Shown: one piece after another, positions 37,129 to 48,853 of the stretch
How the letters are laid out: each line of letters starts with the position of its first letter
Numbering within the stretch: position 1 is the first letter of the stretch
Assembly: GCF_006345805.1 (NCBI RefSeq)
Contig: NC_043007.1
Location: 37,138,001 to 37,202,000 of the forward strand
DNA: 64,000 bases
Direction of reading: 5' to 3'
Origin: Octopus sinensis
Lineage: Eukaryota
The notes under the pieces: model-generated
Seen by the model: the letters and a program-made list of their open reading frames with translations, nothing else
What the model was told of the DNA's origin: nothing
Database searches by the model: none
Translations under genes and position numbers: made by a program

Positions 37129-40100
37129 GTTCGTATAGTTTCTAGCATTTGTCCTTGTCATGATTGTTAACACTGATTTGTAGCCTTGAACATCCGATGA
37201 GGTTGGTTGATCGGCACACAAAAAATAAATAAATAAATAACATAAAACAATAAAGAAATAAAATAACAATTCACCAATAATTTAATGATCATTAATATAT
37301 CCATTTATATATTTATCTATTATTTCCTTTTTTACAAGACAACTTGCTTAATATCCGTCATAGCCACTCTCAAGGCGACATACATGCAATCTCAGCTATT
37401 AAGTAGTTAGTGTGCAATAGTCAATTAAATCTTTTGACTTGTTTTTCTAACCTTCACCCTCACAACAGCTGAACTCTTGTAGTAACACAGTCCTTAAAAA
37501 AAAAAATAATAATACCTGCTGTGTATAATCAATCAATATATCGACCAGCACCTAAACCTAATGACAGGCGAAAAATTTGAGCGACTTGATTATGTCCCAG
37601 AATCTTTGTTGGAATTGCTCCTTATTTTGCCATAAGCATCATACACAATTTATTCCTCCGCCTCTTCCACTTAAACAAACATGGCCTATAGACATGATAG
37701 CAAACAAGGGTGCCACTAAAGTAGTCGCTCGTTCTGCTAGAAATAGCAACTAAATTTTCCTCAGCGAACAGGAAGGACAAATTGGGTCATGTAATTTTAG
37801 GTATTGTACTTGTCTGTAAAAAAAAATATCTCAGCAAAAAAAAAAAATGGTTTGATCATAGATTTATCTGATCGATCAGGGCTGACCTGGGGTTAAACAA
37901 CAGCAGGGGCTGCACACTATACACAGTCACTGTTTTGTTAAGATTTAAGGTGCTATGTATATTTAAAACAGTTTAAATAATAGTTTCACTTTTATTAAAT
38001 CTGCCTGGATAAAAAACATGTACCAACGTGGTCGCTTGGTCTGCTAGTTATAGCAACTAAATTTTCCTCGGTTAATACATTCATTGCTTTACTGTATGCG
38101 TGAAAAGAAGGTGAAGAAGACAAATTTGAGTAAATAAGTCATAGATCTAATTACTTATCTGCATAGAAAAAAATTATTTTAATGCAATATAAATAAATAA
38201 ACAATATTGTCATTCCCGGGAAATCTTTTGATCCGGGCTAATAATCCTTTGACCTGGGGCTAAACAGTATCAACACCAAGATTTAAGGTTTTATGCTTGT
38301 CAGAGTAGTTAAAATAATAATTCCATTTTTATTAAACCTGATTGTCTGCATAAAAATGTCTTGGACATTTTTTTTTTCTGTAAACAATTCGGACGCATAA
38401 ATTCGTTAGTGACTTTAATATGTATCTGTTTGTCTATATTTTTTTTTTAATGAAATTCTTGATACATTAATAATGCCTTGTTCCCACCTCTCCCGTCTCC
38501 ATTTAAATTATTACTTTCAAATTCTTCCACCACTGAAGCAGCTTTTTTTTTAACGTTTTTAGATTATTTATCATCAGTCGATGGAATTATGGGTTTGTTG
38601 TTTTTCAACCCCAGGTCAACCTCGATCAAGCAGACTTATGATCGAAAACATTTCAGTCGTAACCACCCCGTCTTTATTGGGGTGTTTGTAAGGTGTAGCA
38701 TGGTGCGCGTATGTGTGTGATTCGAAAGGAATTCGACTGCTATTTCTAGCAGATCGAATGACAACGCAGCGATCTCCTTGTTGTGTACCAGGATAGCTGG
38801 TTTCTCTATCTTAGTAGTTGTCCTTTAGACCCAGGTCGACTTTTTACCGAACAGATCGATAATCAAAAGATATTACAGCTGTGATCTCATCCCGTTCCAT
38901 CTCCTTTCCTGGGATATTTGCGACTTACACTATCCGATTTGTTCCTGCCTTTTGTTGTTGTTTGTTTAGACTCAGGATTACTTTAATCAAAGCATTCCAG
39001 CCATGACTTTCCTATCTTAATTTTCAAATTTCAAGCAATATATTCAGAATTACATTATCCAACGTATCCCTCTTTTCTTAAGATGGTAAGGTGGGTTATT
39101 TCTAACAATCACGAAGAAACTGTTGTTGTTGCTTAGCCCCCAGGTCAGCTCTGTTTAGTCGAGCATACGTATGATCGGAGGTAAACCATCTATGACCATC
39201 CCGTATTTTTAGCCGTGTCCGTTTACTACATTATCCGATGTGAACTTCCCCTTCCTTTTTGGATGGGCTGCTATTTCTAGCGTGTTATGCAACCGCATGG
39301 ACACTCCATTGGCTCGTTACGTTCTTAGTAGTTCAAACTGCCGGATATGACTTCACATATCATCGGTGGTGAATATGTTTAAATAAGGTATCGGTTATGA
39401 TTTAGGGGGTTGCCCGAGGTGGGGATAGTCCAGTCGACAATACACGCTTCTTCCTAGAAATTGTGCCAATGTGAAAATTACAATATTTGAAATGCGTCAT
39501 TGTTTTTACTACTATTGTTTAGCCCCCGGTCAGCCCTGATCGAGCAGCCCGACGATAAAAGACTTTCCTGTCGTGACCATTCCGTCATTTCCTATGTGCA
39601 CGAGAACCAAGAACTACATTATTTAACATGTCCTTATTTTTTTAACCCTGCAACGTGTAATTCGAGGGAGATTTGGCTGTTATTTTAGTAAGTCGAACGA
39701 AAGTGCGTCATTAAATACGAGCGGTTAAGGCTGTTGGATACTCGAAGCTACGATCAGATTTCATTCTTAATTGTTGTCCTTTTGATTATATCATTAATTA
39801 TTAATTTCCGTTAAGTATTTCAGAACTTTATTTATTCCCCTTACCCACTTCCATTTCCCTTTTGGTCCTGACAACTTCGTGTCTTTTTATTTCGTAAGAA
39901 ATTTATTTTTAATCTTATATTTCTTTCTAATTTTGGCACAAGGCCAGTGCTCGACTGTTTATAGACTCTGAAAGGTTGAAAGGCAAAGTCAACCTCGGTG
40001 GAGTTTAAACTCAGCGTAGAGAACCAGGATTGCTGCCGAGCATTTAATCTGATGCACCAATCTTTCGTCCCGCTCGTCTCCTTTTAGTTCAATCTAATGC

Positions 40101-41252
40101 TTTCAGATTTTAGCACAAGGCCAGCAATTTCGAGGAAAATCACGAAGAAACTCTGTTGTTGCTTAGCCCAGGTCAGCTCTGTTTGGTCGAGCATACGTAT
40201 GATCGGTGGTAAACCATCTATGACCATCCTGTATTTTCGGCCGTGTCCTTTTACTACATTATCCGATGTGAACTTCCCTTCCTTACATCGATCCCAGTGC
40301 TAGAGTGGTACTTTTTTTTTTTTTTTATCGACCCCGAAACGATGAAAGGCAAAGTTGATCTTGGCGTAATTTGAACTCAGAACGTAAAGACGGACGAAAT
40401 ACCGCTACGCACTTTATCCGGCATGCTAGCGATTCTGCCAGCTCGCCGCCTTAGTTCAATCGAAAATGGTGTCGGAAATACTAGGGGAAATGAAAAAAAA
40501 AATCCTTTGTGTGTTTGCGTAATCCCTTAATTTCTGCCCTCATTTTGCTATTATAGAAATCACTTGAACAGAATCGGGTGAGCTTCTTATTCTATCTCTC
40601 GAGCTGCTGAAGATAGCAGCTAAATTACACTCTACTTCAGACATGAAGCAACCTTTTTTGAGAAGCAGGCTGCATGAGATATGACTCATCAGCAATCAAG
40701 CGAGCCGCGCTACTAAAAAGATTAAGGTAATTTTTCATTGGCGTGCTATTCAGAAAGTCCCATGGGCCGAAGTTTACCCATAACTGCTCTAGAAATAGCA
40801 GCCAAATTTCCCTCCAGTTGGATTAATCTTCCACGTTATCCACCCTTCGCTCTTAAACAAGAACCCTGGGTTCTAGCACATGCTAAAAGACGGGTTGATC
40901 ACAGTTAGAACATAGGTCTACTCAACCATGCCCTGAGCTAAACACAGCAACAAAAACAGGCATTATATGCTGTATTCTGAGAGGCCCTGAAGAGAAGGGT
41001 GGGGGCTTACCAAAACTGGAATATCTCTGATCATAGGTTTGTCAGCTCGATTAAGGATGGCCTGGGGTTAAACTACAATAATTGTTTCCAAGATCGTTAT
41101 GTGGTGTTGGTGGGCTTGTCTCTTTTTTTTTTTTTTTATCATCTTTGCATAAAGTTTTCGATAGTTGCTAATCGTGTTGTATACATTTACTTCCTTATAT
41201 GCATTTCTACATACACACTCACATGAACAAGCCGAAGAAGTAGTCTCTACGT

Positions 41253-41406
41253 CAGCGGTTCCCAACCTATTCACTACCAAGGACCTTTTTTTATTTAAAT
41301 GAGTTTTCCCACTGACCCCAGGACATTGAAAGGTCGGTCATATTAACATGTTCACGGACCCCCCCCCCCAGTATTACCTTTGTAGACCACGGGTTAGGAA
41401 CCACTG
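41253..41406. mobile_element. hAT-type MITE with perfect 8-bp TSD
   Basis: TIRs cagcggttcccaacc / ggttaggaaccactg; TSD ctctacgt at 41245-41252 and 41407-41414. Confidence 0.9.
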
Positions 41407-41504
41407 CTCTACGTGGTCGCTCTACTTGCTAGAAATAGCTGCCAAATTTTCCTTAACTCGTACCTTACAAAGGCAAACAGAATGGAGCTGATCTGAAACT
41501 AATA

Positions 41505-41689
41505 CTCTCTTTTACTTGTTTCAGTCATTTGACTGTGGCCATACTGGAGCACCGCCTTTAGTCTAGCAAATCGACCCCGGGGCTTATTCTTTGTAAGCCT
41601 AGTATCGGTCTCTTTTGCCGAAACGCTAAGTTACGGGGACGTAAACACACCAGCATCGGTTGTCAAGCGATATTGGGGGTACAAACACA

Positions 41690-41772
<83 letters not shown>

Positions 41773-41950
41773 ATATACACACACATATATACGACAGGCT
41801 TCTTTCAGTTTCCGTCTATCAAATCCACTTACAAGGCTTTGGTCGGCCTGAGGCTATAATAGAAGACACTTGCCCAAGGTGCCACGCATTGGGACTGAAC
41901 CAGGAACCATGTGGCTGGTAAGCAAGCTACTTACCGCACAGCTACTCCTA
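41505..41950 (-). mobile_element. tRNA-headed SINE (family A) with expanded internal (CA)n(TA)n
   Basis: Reverse complement of the family A consensus; microsatellite at ~41692-41790. Confidence 0.88.
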
Positions 41951-42360
41951 TACTAAAGCCACGAAGCTACGATAGAACCTCTACATAACCTCTAGACTTA
42001 CTGGAGGTAGCAGTCAAATCTCCCTCATCCAGAATGAATCATATGCTGGAGTTAGTCATGTAATATCAGGTAACCGTAATGAATCAGGGTGAGGTAATGA
42101 AAATTGCTTGAAAAGGCTAATAATGAAAATTATTTTAAAGATTGTTGGTGGCGAGCTGGCAAAATCGTTGACGCATCGGACAAACTGCTTTATAGCATTT
42201 CTTCCGGCTTTTTACATTGTGTTCAAACACCGCCAAGCTCAGCTTTGCCTTTCAAACTTTCTGGGTTGATAAAATAGGTACTTGTCGAGTGCTGAGGTTG
42301 ATATAATTGACTACGCCCCTCCCTCCCCCCAAAAAATATTTAGGCCTTGTGCCTATAGAA

Positions 42361-42524
42361 CAGTGGTTCCCAATTTGTGGTCTGTGGACCTCTGGAGGTC
42401 CACAAAAGTAATACTGGGGTGTGTAAACATGTTAAGTTGACAGACCTTTCAATATCCTGAGGTCCATAGGAAAATTCATTTAAATAAAAGGGGTTCTTAG
42501 TAGGGAAATGGTTGGGAACCACTG
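42361..42524. mobile_element. hAT-type MITE
   Basis: TIRs cagtggttcccaa / ttgggaaccactg; flanks ctatagaa and ctaaagaa (7/8 TSD match). Confidence 0.85.
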
Positions 42525-43299
42525 CTAAAGAAGAAAGAATTATTATTATTATTATTATTCCCAAATATTGCATTGTGTTTGTGTAGTTTGTCAAATGTTG
42601 GGAATTTGCAAATATTCCATTAATTTTAAATTGTCCTATGTATGTACACATACACGCGTTTTGTACTAGTTTCAGTCATTGAACTAAGGCCATGCTGGGG
42701 CACTGCCTTGAAGGGTGTAGTACTTGCTTCTGATGATGCCCAGTAAGGCAGAAACGTGCCTTTTTTTTTTATTTAAATGAGTTTTTAAATTTATTGATAA
42801 TGCTTCTGTCACTAATTATTATTTAGAATTTATTATTTTATGTACACATTACTTTAATTATCTTACTTGACTATTCTACAATAGAAGCGATATTTAATCA
42901 ACTCCAGAAGTGAAAACCCAGTGTAGCTGCATGTCCTAGTGATTAGGGTGTTGCATCCTCGATCGCTAGATCGTGGTTTCGATTCCTGGACTGGGCAGCA
43001 TGTCATATTCTTGAGTAAAACACTTCATCTCATGTTGCTCTAGTTGCTGTGTGGCGATTGGCATGTCAAAGAATAGACCCAATTATTTGCTCTGCATGTC
43101 GAAAAAGGCAACTAAAAAAGGTTGAGGTAGGATTTGCATTCCAACTTCATAAAACTGTCACCAGCAATGACTACATAAATGGGTTGAAGAGTTATCACTT
43201 GGGTCATCCACCAAGAATAGGGAATCGTCAGCAAATGGTGGATGCAGCAATGCACTATTACTAACTACCACTACAGAAGGATAAATATGAAAGGACCTT

Positions 43300-44025
43300 T
43301 GTACGCTGAGCCTCACAGAGGCTCTGCCGAAAGACCGAGACCTCTGGAGATAAGCTGTGACTATGAAGACCCGACAAATGAAGTGAGTTCATGGCTTGCA
43401 GGACGGCCTGCTGTGCTTGAGGAGACCTATTGTGTCAAGTTCATCAACTTCAAAATAAAAATCTTATGGATATTGTAGTTGTGATACCCGTGCCGGTGGT
43501 ACGTTGGGCCTCACGGAGGAAATGACGAAGACCAAAACCTCTGAGATATGCTGTGACTATGAAGACCTGACAAATGAAGTGAGTTCATGGCTTGCAGGAC
43601 AGCCTGCTGGGCTAACCTTGGATCGTAGAGCGACCCGCTGTTCTCGAGGAGACCTATTGAGTCAAGTACGTCAACACCAACATCAAATTAATGATCAAAT
43701 GGAAATTGTAGTTAAGATACCCATGCCGGTGACACGTAACAAGCACTGTCCAAACGTAGCAGATGCCAGCGTCACCTGACTGGCATCCATGTCGGTGACA
43801 CATAAGAGCACCAACCGTTTGCTAGTCTCCTCTGGGCCTTGTGCCGGTGGCATGTAAAAAGCACCCACTACACTCACGGAATAGTTGGCATTAGGAAGGG
43901 CATCCAGCTGTTACAACACTGCCAGATCAGACTGGAGCCTGGTGCGGCCTCCTGGCTTCCCAGACCCCGGTCGAACCGTCCAACCCATGCTAGCATGGAA
44001 AACAGACGTTAAACAATGATGATGA
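43300..44025 (+). mobile_element. RTE 3' end with duplicated ORF2 terminus joined to the RTE-tail element
   Basis: LSLTEALPKDRDLWR*AVTMKTR (43305-43375) repeated as GLTEEMTKT... (~43505-43570), followed by head caaatggaaattgtag and the standard tail. Confidence 0.7.
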
Positions 44026-44285
44026 ATGGGATTTGAACTGAGAACATAGAGGGCTTTAAGATCAGTACTGTCACTTTCCCAATACTTCTCTACTTCCATT
44101 TTTAACAGCTATTTAACCAAGATAATTCAACATTTTAGTATTCTGCTTCTTACTGCATCAACTCACAAGTCATGGTTTCTTTCTGCATGGCTCCAGACAC
44201 CATCACCAGTTCCAGAGATCTGAAATATCATAGGCACTACTCACTTTACTCTCACAAATTCATAAAACAAATGTTTTAAAGATCA

Positions 44286-44549
44286 CACCAGCATCGGTTG
44301 TCAAGCGATGTTGGGGGGACAAACACAGACACAAAAACGTATACACATACACACACACACACATATATATATATATATTTATACATATATACGATGGGCT
44401 TCTTTCAGTTTCCATCTACCAGATCCACTCACAAGGCTTTGGTGGGCCTGAGGCTATAGTAGAAGACACTTGCCCAAGGTGTCACGCAGTGGAACTGAAC
44501 CTGGAACCATGTGGTTCGTAAGCAAGCTACTTACCATACAGCCACTCCT
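44286..44549 (-). mobile_element. Family A SINE, partial
   Basis: acaccagcatcggttgtcaagc ... cttaccatacagccactcct. Confidence 0.85.
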
Positions 44550-44662
44550 TCGCTTATTATTTGGGTTTTTTCTTTTTTCAGCTCCCATCTTTTTCAGTCT
44601 TATTATTTGTGTACCTTTTTTTCCCCTTAATCAGTGAAACTTTTCTCTATTATTTTATACAG

Positions 44663-44911
44663 GTATGCCACTCATTTAACGTTGAAGCTCAGGCCATCCT
44701 GAACCAAGGCTTCACTCGTGTCCATAAATATCATGCATTTGTACAACGTCAGATCAAGGGCCAGCTACCAAGAAGGGAGTCAGAACGGCGCAACCACCAA
44801 TTAGCTCGTCATGTTGATATTCTCTCTGCTATCGAAACACGGTTATCTTTGCTTGGAATGACATACCTGAGATACATCGACATGGGCCTTTGTTGCTTTA
44901 TACCAGGAAAG
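44663..44911 (+). CDS. FBXO28: FBXO28-like exon 2 (249 nt)
   Basis: atacag|VCHSFNVEAQAILNQGF...QLPRRESERRNHQLARHVDILSAIETRLSLLGMTYLRYIDMGLCCFIPGK|gtctga. LPRRESERRNH and LCCFIPGK are FBXO28/pallbearer hallmarks. Confidence 0.96.
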
Positions 44912-45200
44912 GTCTGATATCATTTATCATTGTATTTTCAACCATTTTGTACAAGGTTATACTGCACCATTAGATGCACCTTCTATGTTCCTAAAATGTG
45001 TGTGCAACATTGTTTTTAAGGGTTGCAAGATTGTATTCATATGGTGCGTCAGTTTTGCTTTGTTATAGGATGTATTTTGTTTTTTGGTGTTGTTTTAGTA
45101 TTTTGTGTATTTGTTGTGTCAGTACAAGTATGGCTGTGAAGTTAAGTAGTATTCTTTACAACCATATGGTCTCAAAAGTTATATAACCATCCGAACTAAG

Positions 45201-45497
45201 AGAACCATCCGAACATGGCAGTTGCCAGCGCTGCCCCGACTGGCTTCCTTGCTGGTGGCACGTAAAAAGCACCATCCGATCGTGGCTGTTTGCCAGCCTC
45301 GTCTGGCACTTGTGCCGGTGGCACGTAAAAAGCACCCACTACACTCGTGGAGTGGTTGGCGTTAGGAAGGGCATCCAGCCGTAGAAACATTGCCAGATCA
45401 GACTGAGCCTGGTGCAGCCTTCTGGTTTCCCAGACCCGAGTTGAACCGTCTAACCCATGCCAGCATGGAAAGCGGACGCTAAACGATGATGACGATG
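45201..45497 (+). mobile_element. RTE-tail element copy
   Basis: Internal repeats then ...ggacgctaaacgatgatgacgatg. Confidence 0.82.
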
Positions 45498-45531
45498 GAA
45501 ATATTCAACCCCACTTAAATGTGGATGTTCT

Positions 45532-45894
45532 CATCATCGTCATCGTTTAATGTCTGCTTTCCATGCTACCATGAGTTGGACTATTTTGACTGAGGGCTGG
45601 CGAACCAGATGGCTGCACTAGGCTCCAATCTTGATCTGGCAGAGTTTCTACAGCTGGATGCCCTTCCTAATGCCAACCACTCTGAGAGTGTAGTGGGTGC
45701 TTTTTATGTGCCACCGGCACGGGGGCCAGTCAAGCGGTACTGACAACGACCTCACTTGAATCTTTTTACACATGCCACCGGCACAGGTGCCAGTAAGGCG
45801 ACGCCGGTAACGATCACACTTGAATGGTGCCTTTTACGTGCCACCGGCACGGGAGCCAGTTAGCCGCTCTGGCAATGATCACACTCGGATGGTG
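45532..45894 (-). mobile_element. RTE-tail element copy, tail-to-tail with the previous copy
   Basis: catcatcgtcatcgtttaatgtc...ggatgcccttcctaatgccaacc... Confidence 0.82.
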
Positions 45895-46287
45895 TCACAC
45901 TCGTTGGAACAAACTTTGCACTAAAAGCTTATATGAGAGTTTCTTTCATAGTATCTACCACACTCAAGTATTAATACTGCCTCTGTCACTAATATATATT
46001 TTTTCAACAAGCTCACTGGTTAATTGCAACACCAGTGCCTGTTCTGGCACTGATTTTCTATATATCGCTGATGGGGGGGATGAATCGTTGCTATCTCTTA
46101 GCAGTCATTAATGAGACCAAGGAAGGTCGAAATCATGTGATCTGGTGGTCTCAATGCTGGAGTTGATGGGGATTTATCTCCAAACTAGTGATATAAACAA
46201 GCTGTATTTTGCACCAAAAGCCTATACGAGAGTTTCTCTCATGGTATCTACTGCAGTATAGTTTGTTCTGACAGAACATCCACGTGT

Positions 46288-46535
46288 GTGAGTGGCTGTG
46301 TGGTAAGTAGCTTGCTTACAAACTGCATGGTTCCGGGTTCAGTCCCACTGCATGGCACCTTGGGCAAGTATCTTCTACTATAGCCTCGGGCCAACCAAAA
46401 ACTTGTGAGTGGATTTGGTAGACGGAAACTGAAAGAGCCTGTCGTATATATGCATATATATATGTGTGTGTGCATGTGCGTGTATGTTTGTGTGTCTGTG
46501 TTTGTCCCCCTAGCATTGCTTGACAACCGATGCTG
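46288..46535 (+). mobile_element. Family A SINE, partial
   Basis: gagtggctgtgtggtaagtagc ... gcttgacaaccgatgctg. Confidence 0.85.
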
Positions 46536-47068
46536 ACAACCTCAATACATTTGACTAATATAGGCAGAATGAGATACTTTTATCTATAGGCTGAAACAGC
46601 TGTAAGGACCATTTTATGTGTATTATTCTTATGGTATTATTAATTTGCATATTGATCCACATACTGACAAAGCCTTATGATTTGATTTGTTAGACGAAAA
46701 CTGAAAGCAACCCCATTGTGAATGTGTGTGTTTCTGTTTCCATGTCTTGATGTCACATGACTGTTGTAAAGGAATGTCATTCATGTAATCTAGGAAAACA
46801 TGCCTGGCTACTGGTAAATATTACCTTGCTTGGAAACAGGTAAGGGTTGGTGACAGAGCATCTGGCCATAGAGAATCTGCTCCATAAATTCTATTCAGCT
46901 TATGCAAATACGCACACATCTAGTGTTACAGCTAAGGACATGCATAAACAAATGTACTGATATGCACATATACAAATCTATGCACATATATTTTTGCATT
47001 TAATGCTTCATCCTAGCATTTTCTTGTATTTGTATGTGTTGTTCATTGTCTAGTTCATTGATTTTTAA

Positions 47069-47633
47069 CCCTTTTGTTACTGTATTTATTTTGAGATGCT
47101 CTGTGTTTCTTTCAATTACTTTAAATATATCAAAATCGAAATCGATCAACATCAATGGAAATTGTAGCTGTGATACCAGTGCCGGTGGCACGTGAGAGAA
47201 CCATCCGAGCGTGGCCGTTGCCAGCGCCGCTCTGACTGGCCACCGTGCCGGTGGCACGTAAAAAGCACCACCCAATCGTGGCCGTTTGCCAGCCTTGTCT
47301 GGCACCTGTGCAGGTGGCATGTAAAAAGCACCCATTACACTCACAGAGTGGTTGGCGTTAGGAAGGGCATCCAGCTGTAGAAACACTGCCAGATCAGACT
47401 GGGCCTGGTGCAACCTTCTGGCTTCCCAGACCCCAGTTGAACCGTCCAACCCATGCTAGCATGGAAAACGGACGTTAAACGATGATGATGATGAACTTCG
47501 TTATCATTAAGCTAGTGTTAAGAACATGAATTGTGACTAACATTTGGTGGAAGATTTCAGTTCAAAACTTATGAAAACAAGACATTTGTACTCAGAGCCA
47601 AAGCCGGTTTCAGCCTGGTTGGTAACGAAAGGG
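47069..47633. mobile_element. piggyBac-type MITE containing a nested RTE-tail element (~47137-47492)
   Basis: TTAA-ccctt(t)tgttac ... gtaacgaaaggg-TTAA (TSD 47065-68 and 47634-37). An uninterrupted partial relative lies at ~2555-2720. Confidence 0.8.
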
Positions 47634-47852
47634 TTAAATATTTGTATATCTGTGTTGGTCTAAATATTTTAATTCCATTACTTTATCAGGCTTGTATCCA
47701 TGTTGTCTTATTTTCTTCTTCTTGTGTCTAGAAATGCCTTACTGAATGCGTTCATTTTTTTTATGACTGTATAGTATGAGTTAAGGACAATTTTACTGCA
47801 TTTCATGCAAATCAAGAAACTACATAGAGGTTTTTTTTCATTTGCTCATATA

Positions 47853-48244
47853 GGCGCAGAAGTGGCTGTGTGGTAAGTAGCTTGCTTACCAACCACATGG
47901 TTCCGGGTTCAGTCCCACTGCATGGCATCTTGGGCAAGTGTCTTCTGCTATAGCCTCGGGCCGACCAATGCCTTGTGAGTGGATTTGGTAGACGGAAACT
48001 GTAAGAAGCCTGTCGTATATATGTATATATATGTATGTGTATATGTTTGTGTATCTGTGTTTGTCCTCCTAGCATTGCTTGACAACCGATGCTGGTGCGT
48101 TTACGTCCCTGTCACTTAGCGGTTCGGCAAAAGGGTCCGATAGAATAAGTACTGGGCTTACAAAGAATAAGTCCCAGGATCGATTTGCTCGACTAAAGGC
48201 TGTGCTCCAGCATGGCCGCAGTCAAATGACTGAAACAAGTAAAA
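47853..48244 (+). mobile_element. Family A SINE, full length
   Basis: ggcgcagaagtggctgtgtggtaag ... gactgaaacaagtaaaa; ends ~100 nt before FBXO28 exon 3. Confidence 0.88.
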
Positions 48245-48342
48245 CTATATATTTTTTTCTAATTTTTTTTTTTTAATTTATGCACACTCATATATCTGTC
48301 ATATTCTTTATCCTTACATGACATTTTTCCTCTTTGTGTCAG

Positions 48343-48550
48343 GTGTTGGACGAGCTTTACCACATACTTCAAACACTTCAGTGTACATGCCAGCCTCCTC
48401 GCGCACATGAGTTCCTCCAGGAGCTGCGAGATATATCTTCCATGGCCATGGAGCATTTTGAAGAGAAAATTGTGCCTTCATTGAAACAGAAGATGCCAAG
48501 TGTTCGCCTCACTCTTGGCAACTTTAATGTCAACTCAGAATCAGAAGCTG
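48343..48550 (+). CDS. FBXO28: FBXO28-like exon 3 (208 nt)
   Basis: tgtcag|VLDELYHILQTLQCTCQPPRAHEFLQELRDISSMAMEHFEEKIVPSLKQKMP...SEA+G|gtaaaa. RAHE.LQELRDISSMAME.F.EKIVP is a conserved FBXO28 motif. Confidence 0.96.
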
Positions 48551-48634
48551 GTAAAAAATTAAAATTTGTTTTTATTCCTCCTCTTCCTCATCCACCTCCT
48601 CCTCCTCCCCCTCCTCTCCATCTTTTTTCTTTAA

Positions 48635-48853
48635 CCCATTAGTATTTAAACCAGCCATATCCAGCCAAAATAGCTAATCTGTTTTATGTTCAAACTGACC
48701 AGATCCAGGCTCTCACTCCTACCCTACAATGTTATTCTACATTAAGTAATTACACCATCAAGATCTTGAAGATATGAGATAATGTATGATTAATTCAAAT
48801 CAATGGGAATCAATAGGCATTATGTTTGATTGAATCATCTGAACACTAAAGGG
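48635..48853. mobile_element. piggyBac-type MITE (second family)
   Basis: TTAA-cccattagt ... actaaaggg-TTAA. Diverged relatives at ~9808-10020 and ~29935-30105. Confidence 0.75.

Noticed and set aside
47000-47449. Recurrent 60-150 aa ORFs such as AVFLQLDALPNANH and CHRHG (also 2731, 18935, 24313, 53320, 63314)
   Set aside because: They are chance open frames in the GC-rich RTE-tail repeat, differ in frame and strand among copies, and show no domain signature.
48551-48642. Polyproline extension of the FBXO28 exon 3 ORF
   Set aside because: It lies after a GT donor at 48551 whose phase matches exon 4. It is intronic (CCT)n low-complexity read-through.
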